The position numbers and the translations under genes are program-made. Shown here one piece after another: positions 18,853-28,212 of a stretch of DNA of 64,000 nt. Under the pieces are notes generated by a model. The model was not told the DNA's origin, searched no databases, and saw only the letters and a program-made list of their open reading frames with translations. The first letter of the stretch is position 1. Each line of letters opens with the position of its first letter. The stretch comes from an uncultured Methanolobus sp. (GTDB taxonomy: Archaea; Halobacteriota; Methanosarcinia; Methanosarcinales; Methanosarcinaceae), in assembly GCA_963675495.1 (NCBI GenBank), contig OY776215.1:672001-736000 (forward strand). The letters run 5' to 3'.

Positions 18853-19650
18853 TCACTGCCTCTTAACTGTCATTTTCCTATACTGGATAATTCCGGCTTT
18901 GCCAACATTCTTTAAATTCTGCATGACCAGTTCCTTTGTCCACCCAACTATACCATCACACCATCTATTCGGATGAGCAAGGATACATATCTGGTTAAAA
19001 TTTTCAGTTTTGATAAGATCAATAACATCATTTGTATTGTTTATGTTTTTGCAATGTAGTGGTTTTACGCCATTGTCAGAGGATTCCAGAACATCTTTCA
19101 CACGTATATTACGATCAGCCCATGTCCTGCCAGTATCAGTTAGATAAAGAACTTTCGAATAATCTATGGAAAAATATGGTTCACCCATAATACCAAAATC
19201 AGTAAACTCAAAGTCGTTCCACAAATCCCTATTGGACCATGATGCAAGTGGATTGCCATGCATACAGGCGGTTGTCACTTCAGCATACTGACGCAAGTCA
19301 TCCAGTTCTTCTTCAAAAATACGAAGAGCCGTTTGTCTATCGCCTTTTGCTTTATCCATAACTTCATAATGGAAACCCACCTCGTGCCCCAGACAAGATA
19401 TCTCCTCAATGGCAGAAGGAATGAAAACATCCTTGACATGCCTGAAATAGTATGTTGACCTGATACCATATTCAGACTCAAGACGAGCCATTGAAAGATT
19501 TCGCTCCACCTTACGATCTACATCATGGCGCAGAATAATGCATTTGTCCCTGGGAGATATTAGATGATCATGTACCGTCGTTGTCCCGTAAGTGGTTGAA
19601 TTTATGGTTTCAAGCAGCTCCCTGTATTTGGACAATGTAAAATCTCTCAA
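18853..19650 (-). CDS. NodB-like polysaccharide deacetylase-fold protein
   Basis: LRHDVD, STYYFR, GHEVGFHYE, MHG, YLTDTGR, AHP.RW. TTG at 19650 follows GGAGGG; the ORF track starts at 19695. Confidence 0.65.
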   Translation of the reverse strand: MRDFTLSKYRELLETINSTTYGTTTVHDHLISPRDKCIILRHDVDRKVERNLSMARLESEYGIRSTYYFRHVKDVFIPSAIEEISCLGHEVGFHYEVMDKAKGDRQTALRIFEEELDDLRQYAEVTTACMHGNPLASWSNRDLWNDFEFTDFGIMGEPYFSIDYSKVLYLTDTGRTWADRNIRVKDVLESSDNGVKPLHCKNINNTNDVIDLIKTENFNQICILAHPNRWCDGIVGWTKELVMQNLKNVGKAGIIQYRKMTVKRQ

Positions 19651-19868
19651 AATAAACCCTCCATTGATGATTGACCGATAATAAAAGACAGTCATTGAAT
19701 ATAGTGACCTTCAGGACTCCATTCCTATAATCCTAGAACGATTAGAAATAAGAATTATAAATAATTCTATATAAAACTAGTACCTAATTGCATTAACTAC
19801 GATGATAAGTAGCACTCATCCTCAGTCAATTATTTATAGCAGATAAAGAGTCAGATATTAGGTAAAAA

Positions 19869-20696
19869 ATGCTGGATGAAAATAAAAATATAGTTATTAT
19901 TCTTTTAGTGCTCGCACTTTTCACAGGGGCAACTATAGAGCTAAGTGAAGGTTCTAAACTAATAGGTATAGTACTCTTCATTTTCGCAGGGTTGCTAATG
20001 TCTAGGATAAAATTGAAAGATAATCAAGGAATAAAGAGCTCAAGAAACTTCATAGCAATAGGTGTCTTTATCGTAGCTGCTGACCTCATATATAACTATG
20101 CCAACAAAAGCGATATTGGAACACTTGATTCAATGGCTTTTTTCCTTGGAGTATCGCTTATAGCTATGGGAACTGACAAAAAAGATATTAAACAAATGGG
20201 AGAACTCGGATTTTACATATCCTTTATATTCACCATCCTATACTTTATATTCTATAGTTTATTTGGATTTTTCAACATCGATTTTTTGCATTTGTTTGAC
20301 CATTACTTTGTTCTTATGCCCACTGTTGCCCTAATAAAGATCATTGGCATCCCAGTAGAGATAATAGCCACGGAAACAGTCATTCTCTACGGAGCAAAAC
20401 CCATGACGATAGTTATAGGTGGCCCATGTTCCGGGCTTTATTCCATGTTCCTTCTTATAGGCATCGTAACAGGATATTCAAGAATAGAAAAAATGGACAT
20501 CAATAGGTCATTTAGACTTCTTGGATTTGCAATATTGGTGGCATATGTAGCAAATCTCATCAGAGTATTAATCCTTTATATTGCAGCATATCTTTATGGC
20601 CTAGAAGTTATGATGACAGTTCACACCCATATTGGATGGATGATCTTTGCTTTAACAGCAGGAATTATAATGTACATCATAAACAAGAAGAGTTAA
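19869..20696 (+). CDS. artC: Archaeosortase C (PEF-CTERM system)
   Basis: 8 TM segments with the exosortase catalytic pattern CSG, N..R, H (GPCSGLYSM, ANLIRV, VHTHIGW); PEF-CTERM substrate 4 kb downstream. Confidence 0.85.
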   Translation: MLDENKNIVIILLVLALFTGATIELSEGSKLIGIVLFIFAGLLMSRIKLKDNQGIKSSRNFIAIGVFIVAADLIYNYANKSDIGTLDSMAFFLGVSLIAMGTDKKDIKQMGELGFYISFIFTILYFIFYSLFGFFNIDFLHLFDHYFVLMPTVALIKIIGIPVEIIATETVILYGAKPMTIVIGGPCSGLYSMFLLIGIVTGYSRIEKMDINRSFRLLGFAILVAYVANLIRVLILYIAAYLYGLEVMMTVHTHIGWMIFALTAGIIMYIINKKS

Positions 20697-20717
20697 AAAG
20701 AAGTCAAGGGCGTATGA

Positions 20718-20954
20718 CTAGCGCCCTATCAACCTTTTTTTGAAAATAATAGCTGCTATAAGCAACATTACAATTACAATCCCCATATAAACGAAGCTAG
20801 TGACAGCTATGATAGAGAACCTGAAATCCTGTAGTGCGAATGTGATAACTACAAGAATAGCAACAAGCACAATCGAATAGGAAAGAAAGCTTAATGCAAG
20901 AGCCTGTTTCCAGCTTTTAATGTTTGTTAAGAAATAATTGATCGTTGAGAACAT
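20718..20954 (-). CDS. Small two-TM membrane protein
   Basis: GAGG SD then ATG; two hydrophobic segments; basic C-terminus; directly downstream of the HtpX-like gene. Confidence 0.65.
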   Translation of the reverse strand: MFSTINYFLTNIKSWKQALALSFLSYSIVLVAILVVITFALQDFRFSIIAVTSFVYMGIVIVMLLIAAIIFKKRLIGR

Positions 20955-20967
20955 GGTAGAACCTCAT

Positions 20968-21888
20968 TCAATTCACATCTGCTCCTTCAAGCGCTTTTAA
21001 ACGTTGGGAAAAGTCGGGTTTCATATCAAATAGGGAAAGATGGACATCATAAAAAGAATTCACTTTTACGGGATTTACTGCAAAAAGGTGAACGTGCCCA
21101 GGATTGAAATATTCGAAAGAATTAATTCGTATAGAATAGTAAATCCTTTTCAAAGCCGAGATCAGTGTTTCCTTGTCCTTTAAGGTTTTAGCAGCCAGCA
21201 CATCTGAATTTATCGTAGAATCTATAGATGCAAGATACACCACTATTGCAGCAGGTATCATTACCAGGCCCATGGCAAAAAGTCTCATGAACTTTGGTGC
21301 AGAGTCTCCCTTTCCTCCAGAGCCAATGAGCATGGAAATCCATTGGAAGATTGTCGAAAAGGAAGCAATAATACCTCCAATTAAAGCCACAAAAGTGTTT
21401 TGAATCACGCTTCCTTCTGATATCCGTGCAATCTCACGAGCAAATATAGCCTCTAACTCATTGTCAGGTAGTAGTTCCAGAAGCCCATATGACATCACGA
21501 TCTCACTTCTTTTTTTACTACCCACAGTAAAGACAATTGGAACTTGCGAATCAAAAAGATAGGGCTTGGGACAACTAACTGAAAAAATACCAGAAAGCTT
21601 CTCCAGTATCAGATACATATCTGCATGCTCATCGCGAGGTATATACTTACACCTGTACCATCTCAGTATAATTTTGTCAGATGAATAGTATATATACCTG
21701 TATAATAGAAAAATAACAAACAAACTTGCACATGCAGCTAAGATACCCCCATAATAAAATGTGAGTAACACTACTGGCAGGGAAATTACAATAAACAGAA
21801 GATATATCCAAAATTTGTTTCTAATAACGACCCCTCTTTTATTCCATGTGAAATGTACCTGATTTTGATAGATGTAATACAATAACAA
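20968..21888 (-). CDS. HtpX/M48 peptidase homolog lacking zinc ligands
   Basis: HtpX-like YYSSDKIILRWY, PKPYL...P..F..G, GLLELL...ELEA, but HEXXH reads REIAR. True start uncertain (possibly ATT at 21825). Confidence 0.75.
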   Translation of the reverse strand: MLLYYIYQNQVHFTWNKRGVVIRNKFWIYLLFIVISLPVVLLTFYYGGILAACASLFVIFLLYRYIYYSSDKIILRWYRCKYIPRDEHADMYLILEKLSGIFSVSCPKPYLFDSQVPIVFTVGSKKRSEIVMSYGLLELLPDNELEAIFAREIARISEGSVIQNTFVALIGGIIASFSTIFQWISMLIGSGGKGDSAPKFMRLFAMGLVMIPAAIVVYLASIDSTINSDVLAAKTLKDKETLISALKRIYYSIRINSFEYFNPGHVHLFAVNPVKVNSFYDVHLSLFDMKPDFSQRLKALEGADVN

Positions 21889-21969
21889 CCTATACTTATA
21901 TATTTTAGCAAAGAGTTACAATCTATCCATAAATAATTCATTATATATTAATCACTCTACAGGGATATA

Positions 21970-24693
21970 GTGACACGGATGTTCAAGTTAAATAAATGTA
22001 AGTACACCCAGGATTTAATGCTGCTGTTGATAGCGTTGTTACTATCAGTTGTATTCATTCTGATACCACCTTTCAATGAAGTACCACTAAGAATACTCTT
22101 TACTATATTGATAATATTTTTCATACCAGGGTATGCTTTTGTCTCGGCATTATTCCCTTGTAGAGATATAACGAATATAGAAAGACTTACTATGAGCGTG
22201 GGTTTTAGTGTAGTGATCATGGTCTTTACCAGTTTTGCAATAAACAATTCTGAATTGGACTTCAGACCTGAAGCTATTACTAGGTCACTGGCAATCTTTA
22301 CATTTGCGTTTATGGTCCTAACATTTTTTTCCAGAAAGCTTCATCCTGTAGAGAAACAATTTGTTTTTTCATTCAGTGCTTTCATCAACTCATTAAAATC
22401 CGTGGAAGAGAGTAATGATAAGGATGAAGAAATAAAGCATCAAAAACTGGAAGAACATAAGAAATTTACAATGAAAAGCCGAAAAAAAGTATCTCCCGTA
22501 AGCAAAAATAAAGATAGACCTATAAAGCAACCAGAAGCAAATCAGGTCCCCCCTGAAATTACAAAAGCCCTAATGTCTGCATTGGTTATTTCCATTATTA
22601 TTGCAGGCGCCATGTTTGCCTACGCAAAAGTTACCGAGGAAAAAGAAACATTTACTGCGCTCTATATACTGGGGCCGGATGGAAAAGCTGAAAATTACCC
22701 CGAGACTTTTTCCGCATCAAACACCATTGGTATAAACGTAGGCATAGAAAATTTTGAGCATGAATACGTAGTATATGTCATCCAGGCAAAATTGGATGGT
22801 GACGTCCTTGAAGAGAAAAAGATAGCTCTGGACCATGAAGAGAAATGGGAACAAAACTGGACACTCACTCCTGTGAAAAATAAAGTCGGAAAACAAAAAC
22901 TAGAATTTGCCCTTTATAAAGAAAATGTCAGTGAGTCTGCATATAGGACAGTTCATCTTTGGGTTACGCAGGATTCAGGTTCACAACCTATATCAAGTGA
23001 AGAAGGAAAAGATGAAACAACTGAGTTTGCTGATTTCATCACTCTGGTAAACCCATCCATGGAATCTGATGATGGATGGAAATTTGATAGCACTAATAGG
23101 GCTGATACAAGTGGCAACTATATCGATGGAGCAGGAATCTACTCATCACGCGCATACTTGATAAACAGTACTTCTGAAAGTGCGAGTGAACAATTTACTT
23201 CTCACTCTATTCAGCAGGAAGTACTCAGCAAAAAGACCGAGGATATGGTTCTGTCCGTTTTCCTGAAGGACACCTACACAGATACCCGCACTGAAGGTGA
23301 GACGCAATATAAGCAGATCTTCTTTAATGGAGAGGTATTGTGGGGCGATGGAATAGGCGGGAACGAAGGATGGCAGCATATACAAGTGCCTGTGACTGTA
23401 AAGAAAGGAAGCAATATACTCTCATTCAACATCATAGCAAACAGGAATCAGCTTGCATATCCTGCCGGCCTTATAGTGGACGAGATCAGCTTCCTTCCAT
23501 TATCAGAACTTTCACCTTACAGGCAAGATGATTTCACTGTAGAATTCGATCTGCCAGTTTCAAAGGTCCTTCCCCTAACACCTGCTGCACAGGACAACAA
23601 ATTTACAGTACAATGGAACGGAACTGATGCTGGATCAGGCATTCTATATTATGACATCGAATATAGTACTGACACTATTAACTGGAAAAAACTATTAAGC
23701 AAGACCACAGCCACCTCTACAGAGTTCACAGCTGAGAAAGATGTTACATATTACTTCAGGTCAAGAGCTACAGATAAAGCCCTTAACATGGAAAAAGAAC
23801 ATCTCGTACCCGACACAAGCACTATGGTCGATAGCACGCCACCTGAGATAACTCTGGATATAACGCCCAATCCAACAAGTGAATCAACATATTTTACCGT
23901 TGAGTCGAATGAGCCACTTTCAGAAGTTATTTGTTCAATATCCCCTCATACCTTTGGAGGCACAGAGAATATTGTAATGAAAACAACTGATAATATGGTA
24001 TGGACTGCGAAGTACACTATTACAGTGAACGACTATTTTGACGTCGAAATGTATGCAAAAGACTATGCAGGCAATACAGGATATGCTTTAGATGTCTTAT
24101 CTACCGATACATCACTTGAAGAACTGACAATAATAACCGATCCTGAAGAAACATCAGGAGATGTCACATTTACGGTGTCTTCGTCAATAGCCCTTGAAGA
24201 TGTACCTGAATTAGTAGTGAAAGACCGATCAAATGACGTTCTGGATGTAGAGTTTAAGAGTTCAGAGGACAATGAGTATAAATTCACACTGAAAATAGAA
24301 GACGATGATGACGATATAAGCGATGGGGTTGCACGTGTGACAGTCACAGCAAAAACAGTGAACTCAGAAACTCTTTATGAAGAAGAGACCTTCGTGATCG
24401 ACAGAATAAGCCCTACAATCAAAAGTTATACCCCTGACGATGGAGAAACAATTAATTCCAATAATCCTACGATAAGAGCTTCATTCTCTGATGACCGATC
24501 AGGAATTGAAAGAGATGAAACAATACTCAAAGTGAATGGAGTGGATGTAACAGCTAACACTGAAAGAAACTATGAATCCATACTTTACAATGCAGAAGGA
24601 CTTCCATACGGAGAAAACACAATGTATCTTTTCATCAGAGACCAGGCAGGCAACACAAATGAAGAAGAGTGGAGCTTCTACATATCCTCATAA
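21970..24693 (+). CDS. DUF1616 membrane protein with large extracellular Ig/Fn3-like extension
   Basis: FIPGYAFVSALFP, IER...SVG.S, E.FT.LYILG..GKAENYP, KLEF.LY...YR.VHLW; then Fn3-like WNGTDAGSGI..YDI..Y.FRSRA.D and DxAGN motifs. Confidence 0.8.
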   Translation: MTRMFKLNKCKYTQDLMLLLIALLLSVVFILIPPFNEVPLRILFTILIIFFIPGYAFVSALFPCRDITNIERLTMSVGFSVVIMVFTSFAINNSELDFRPEAITRSLAIFTFAFMVLTFFSRKLHPVEKQFVFSFSAFINSLKSVEESNDKDEEIKHQKLEEHKKFTMKSRKKVSPVSKNKDRPIKQPEANQVPPEITKALMSALVISIIIAGAMFAYAKVTEEKETFTALYILGPDGKAENYPETFSASNTIGINVGIENFEHEYVVYVIQAKLDGDVLEEKKIALDHEEKWEQNWTLTPVKNKVGKQKLEFALYKENVSESAYRTVHLWVTQDSGSQPISSEEGKDETTEFADFITLVNPSMESDDGWKFDSTNRADTSGNYIDGAGIYSSRAYLINSTSESASEQFTSHSIQQEVLSKKTEDMVLSVFLKDTYTDTRTEGETQYKQIFFNGEVLWGDGIGGNEGWQHIQVPVTVKKGSNILSFNIIANRNQLAYPAGLIVDEISFLPLSELSPYRQDDFTVEFDLPVSKVLPLTPAAQDNKFTVQWNGTDAGSGILYYDIEYSTDTINWKKLLSKTTATSTEFTAEKDVTYYFRSRATDKALNMEKEHLVPDTSTMVDSTPPEITLDITPNPTSESTYFTVESNEPLSEVICSISPHTFGGTENIVMKTTDNMVWTAKYTITVNDYFDVEMYAKDYAGNTGYALDVLSTDTSLEELTIITDPEETSGDVTFTVSSSIALEDVPELVVKDRSNDVLDVEFKSSEDNEYKFTLKIEDDDDDISDGVARVTVTAKTVNSETLYEEETFVIDRISPTIKSYTPDDGETINSNNPTIRASFSDDRSGIERDETILKVNGVDVTANTERNYESILYNAEGLPYGENTMYLFIRDQAGNTNEEEWSFYISS

Positions 24694-24823
24694 ACTCCCT
24701 AAAGACCAAGAACTCATTATAATGATGCGCATGATTTTAGTCTGTTTGCAAAAGTATATATAGATAAAAAGCAAACAAGAACATGACAATAAATTTATTT
24801 AACAATAAAAGGTGGTACGAACA

Positions 24824-25333
24824 ATGAAGAAAATGATTTTGGCAACACTTGTTGCACTAATTATGCTTTCTGGCGTCGCATCTGCATATAATGCAGCTAT
24901 ATGGAACGAAGAAGGAACAGACACAGCACCAAACCCACTATATTTGAAACCCGGAGACTCACTAACATTGAGCTACCACGTTCAGAAACTTGCACCAGCA
25001 GCTGTTGGTGTAGAGATCCCATACGACTACACAGTCGTTGCACTTAGCCCAGGAGCACAAGTATCAGACATAACTGTAACACTCCCTGCAACATTCACAC
25101 CAGCAGCTGTTGAAGATACAGATGTAGGAGTGATCGATATTGCACTTGACGGAGCAGCACCAGTCGGAGAAGAATACCGTGTGACAATCAAAGCAGGTGA
25201 CGAACAAGTTGATATCGACTTTGGATCAGCTTCAAGGAATGTTACAAGCATCCCTGAGTTCCCAACCGTTGCACTCCCAGTAGCTGCAATTCTCGGTCTT
25301 GCATTCTTCATGCAGCGCCGCAAGGAAGAGTAA
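24824..25333 (+). CDS. PEF-CTERM sorting-signal surface protein
   Basis: Signal peptide (..GVASA); C-terminus IPEFPTVALPVAAILGLAFFMQRRKEE. ATG 24824 follows AGGTGG; the ORF track starts at 24812. Confidence 0.92.
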   Translation: MKKMILATLVALIMLSGVASAYNAAIWNEEGTDTAPNPLYLKPGDSLTLSYHVQKLAPAAVGVEIPYDYTVVALSPGAQVSDITVTLPATFTPAAVEDTDVGVIDIALDGAAPVGEEYRVTIKAGDEQVDIDFGSASRNVTSIPEFPTVALPVAAILGLAFFMQRRKEE

Positions 25334-25372
25334 GTTAACAAACTTACTTCTACTTTTTTTTATTCTTTTTTT
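25326..25372 (+). terminator. Hairpin plus long T-tracts
   Basis: GAAGAGTAAGTT-aaca-AACTTACTTC followed by T8 runs. Confidence 0.6.
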
Positions 25373-25451
25373 CCGTTGTTTTGCTTTCGTTTTCTTTAAC
25401 TCTAACATTTATATTCTTTTAACCCCATACTTCCCTGAATAAAATCAGAAG

Positions 25452-26507
25452 ATGGCTATTATGGAAGAATTAATCACAAAATTATCAAATGCCCATGGCA
25501 TATCCGGTAGCGAAGGGAATATCAGGACCATCCTTGAAGAAGAACTAAAACCATATGTGGATGAGATGAGGGTTGACAAGATGGGCAATCTCATAGCTGT
25601 CAAAAAGGGAGAAGGACCTTCCATTATGCTTGCAGCTCACATGGATGAGATCGGCCTGATGACCAAATACATAGATGACAATGGATTCCTCAAGTTTGTG
25701 AAAATTGGTGGCTGGTACGATCCTACACTGCACAGCCAAAGAGTTGTCGTTCATACTACAAAGGGTCCCATCCCCGGAGTAATTGGTTCAAAACCACCAC
25801 ACGTTATGAAAGAGGATGACAGGAAAAAGCTCCCAAAGGCAGAGGATATGTTCATTGATGTTGGTGCAAAAGATAAAGATGATGCCACAAAAATGGGAAT
25901 CATCATAGGAACTCCCGTTTCTATGGACCGTGAAGTCAAGAAACTGGCAAACGGCAAGATAACCGGTAAAGCGTTTGACAACAGAGCAGGTTGTGCCATT
26001 GTAATCGATGCCATGAAACAGATAGCAGAGATGGACATTAAAGCAACTGTGTATGTTGTTGGTACGGTACAGGAAGAAGTTGGCCTTAAAGGTGCACGCA
26101 CATCTGCATTCGCACTCAACCCCGATATTGCCATAGCAATAGACACAACGATTCCGGGAGACCACCCTGGTATGAGTAAGAATGAGTCCGCACTGGACAT
26201 TGGCAAAGGTGGAGCGATCACCATAGCTGACGCATCAGGTAGAGGGCTAATAGCAGCCCCACAGGTCGTTAAATGGCTTGTAGAGACTGCAGATAAGAAC
26301 AGCATCCCTTACCAGACAGATGTAGGAGATGGTGGTACAACCGATGCAACAGCCATCCACCTCACAAGGGAAGGAATACCATCTACCGTCCTCAGTGTCG
26401 CAACAAGATACATACACTCGCCAGTGGAAGTCCTCGACCTTGCAGACCTGCAACACTGCTCAGACCTATTGGCAAAGGCAGTTCTAAGTGTCAACGACTA
26501 TTTCTAA
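25452..26507 (+). CDS. M42 family aminopeptidase (TET/FrvX-like)
   Basis: AAHMDEIG, GKAFDNRAG, QEEVGLKGA, GGTTDA, RYIHSPVE. Confidence 0.93.
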   Translation: MAIMEELITKLSNAHGISGSEGNIRTILEEELKPYVDEMRVDKMGNLIAVKKGEGPSIMLAAHMDEIGLMTKYIDDNGFLKFVKIGGWYDPTLHSQRVVVHTTKGPIPGVIGSKPPHVMKEDDRKKLPKAEDMFIDVGAKDKDDATKMGIIIGTPVSMDREVKKLANGKITGKAFDNRAGCAIVIDAMKQIAEMDIKATVYVVGTVQEEVGLKGARTSAFALNPDIAIAIDTTIPGDHPGMSKNESALDIGKGGAITIADASGRGLIAAPQVVKWLVETADKNSIPYQTDVGDGGTTDATAIHLTREGIPSTVLSVATRYIHSPVEVLDLADLQHCSDLLAKAVLSVNDYF

Positions 26508-26609
26508 GCGTTACAAAATTATCCGGGGCTCCAGTGCCCTGCTTTTTTATGACGAATCGTGATAGATTAATCGTTATACATATATATCACTTCAGTGTAT
26601 CCAACTAGG

Positions 26610-26626
26610 CTGCTACTGAGTAGCAG
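26610..26626. promoter_or_regulatory. Perfect palindrome in the cimA-ilv leader
   Basis: CTGCTACT-G-AGTAGCAG, ~25-30 nt downstream of a TATATATA box at ~26581. Confidence 0.5.
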
Positions 26627-26642
26627 ACAAATATTGTGAGGG

Positions 26643-28121
26643 ATTGTATTATTCGAAAATGTCCGGTTTTTAGACACAACTCTTAGAGATGGTGAACAGA
26701 CACCAGGTGTAGCACTTAGCAGCGAAGATAAAGTAGCCATTGCTACAAAGCTGGATGAACTTGGTGTAGACGTTATAGAGGCTGGCTCGGCCATCACCTC
26801 AGAAGGTGAACGCGAGTCCATAAGAGCCGTTGTTGCTGAAGGATTAAATGCGGAGATATGCAGCTACTGCAGGATCATGAAACCAGATGTAGACTATGCA
26901 CTGGCATGTGATGTAGATTCTATTCACCTTGTAGCTCCGGTTTCTGACCTTCATATCAATGTAAAGCTTAAGAAAGACAGGGAAACAGTAAGGCAGATGG
27001 CTGTGGACGTAACAGAATACGCAAAGGAACACGGCCTTATTGTTGAGCTTAGCGGAGAAGACGCTTCAAGAGCTGATGTTGGATTCCTTAAGTCATTATA
27101 CAATGATGGAGTGGAAGCAGGGGCTGACAGATTATGTTTCTGCGACACCATAGGATTACTTGTTCCTGAAAAGACAGAATTCATATTCAGCGACATATGC
27201 TCTGCAGTAAAAGCACCTGTGAGCATCCACTGCCATAATGACTTTGGCCTGGGAACAGCCAACACCATAGCAGCCTTGAGAGCAGGAGCACAGCAGGCCC
27301 ATGTGACCATCAACGGTATTGGTGAAAGGTCCGGCAACACTGCTCTGGAAGAAGTTGTCATGAGCATTGAATGGCTCTACAAATGTAAGACACGGATTAA
27401 TACGAAAGAGCTCTTCAAGACCTCAAGGCTTGTAAGCAGACTCACAGGATTACCTGTGGCACCAAACAAATCACTTATAGGCGGAAATGCATTCACCCAT
27501 GAAGCTGGTATCCACGTACATGGCTTGCTGGCAGACACAAGTACCTATGAGCCGATAAAACCAGAAGTTCTTGGCAGAGAAAGAAAGATCGTACTTGGCA
27601 AGCATGCTGGAAAAAGTTCAGTTACACTGGCAGTCAAGGAAATGGGATTTGAAGTCGATGATTCCCAACTGCACGAAATACTTAACCGTGTCAAGGAGTT
27701 AGGAGACCACGGTAAGAAAGTTACCGATGCAGACCTGCAGGCAATTACCGACACGGTACTCAATATCCAGAGAGAAGCAAGGGTCGTCCTTGAAGAATTC
27801 ACAGTAGTGTCAGGTAACAAAGTAACCCCAACCGCCTCTGTTAAAATGAAAGTGGACGGGAAGGAAGTAGTAGAAGCAGGTATCGGAGACGGACCTGTTG
27901 ATGCAACACTTGAAAGTATCAAGAAAGGAATATCAGGTATTGCCGATGTAGAACTTGAAGAATATCATGTAGACGCCATCAGCGGAGGAACCGATGCTCT
28001 TGTAGAGGTTTTGGTTAAACTCTCCAAAGATGGAAAGATGGTTACTTCCAGAGGATCACGCACAGACATAGTAATGGCATCTGTTGAAGCAGTCCTTAAT
28101 GGAATAAACCGCCTCATCTGA
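26643..28121 (+). CDS. cimA: (R)-citramalate synthase (LeuA/CimA family); no canonical start codon
   Basis: In-frame IVLFENVRFLDTTLRDGEQTPG lies upstream of the ORF-track start (26877); HCHNDFG, NGIGER.GN, HEAGIH, C-terminal regulatory domain GDGPVDA; precedes ilvB-N-C. Confidence 0.8.
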   Translation: MVLFENVRFLDTTLRDGEQTPGVALSSEDKVAIATKLDELGVDVIEAGSAITSEGERESIRAVVAEGLNAEICSYCRIMKPDVDYALACDVDSIHLVAPVSDLHINVKLKKDRETVRQMAVDVTEYAKEHGLIVELSGEDASRADVGFLKSLYNDGVEAGADRLCFCDTIGLLVPEKTEFIFSDICSAVKAPVSIHCHNDFGLGTANTIAALRAGAQQAHVTINGIGERSGNTALEEVVMSIEWLYKCKTRINTKELFKTSRLVSRLTGLPVAPNKSLIGGNAFTHEAGIHVHGLLADTSTYEPIKPEVLGRERKIVLGKHAGKSSVTLAVKEMGFEVDDSQLHEILNRVKELGDHGKKVTDADLQAITDTVLNIQREARVVLEEFTVVSGNKVTPTASVKMKVDGKEVVEAGIGDGPVDATLESIKKGISGIADVELEEYHVDAISGGTDALVEVLVKLSKDGKMVTSRGSRTDIVMASVEAVLNGINRLI

Positions 28122-28212
28122 AATGTCAGAAATTATAACATAGATACTAGCATTTTAGATGTATATTAGATTTAACGACTTGATTTATTGATTTGAAAAT
28201 TAGAGGTTTTAT

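Noticed and set aside
26634-26639. TTG-TGA with selenocysteine/read-through as the cimA start
   Set aside because: Methanosarcinaceae are not known to use selenocysteine and no SD precedes the TTG.
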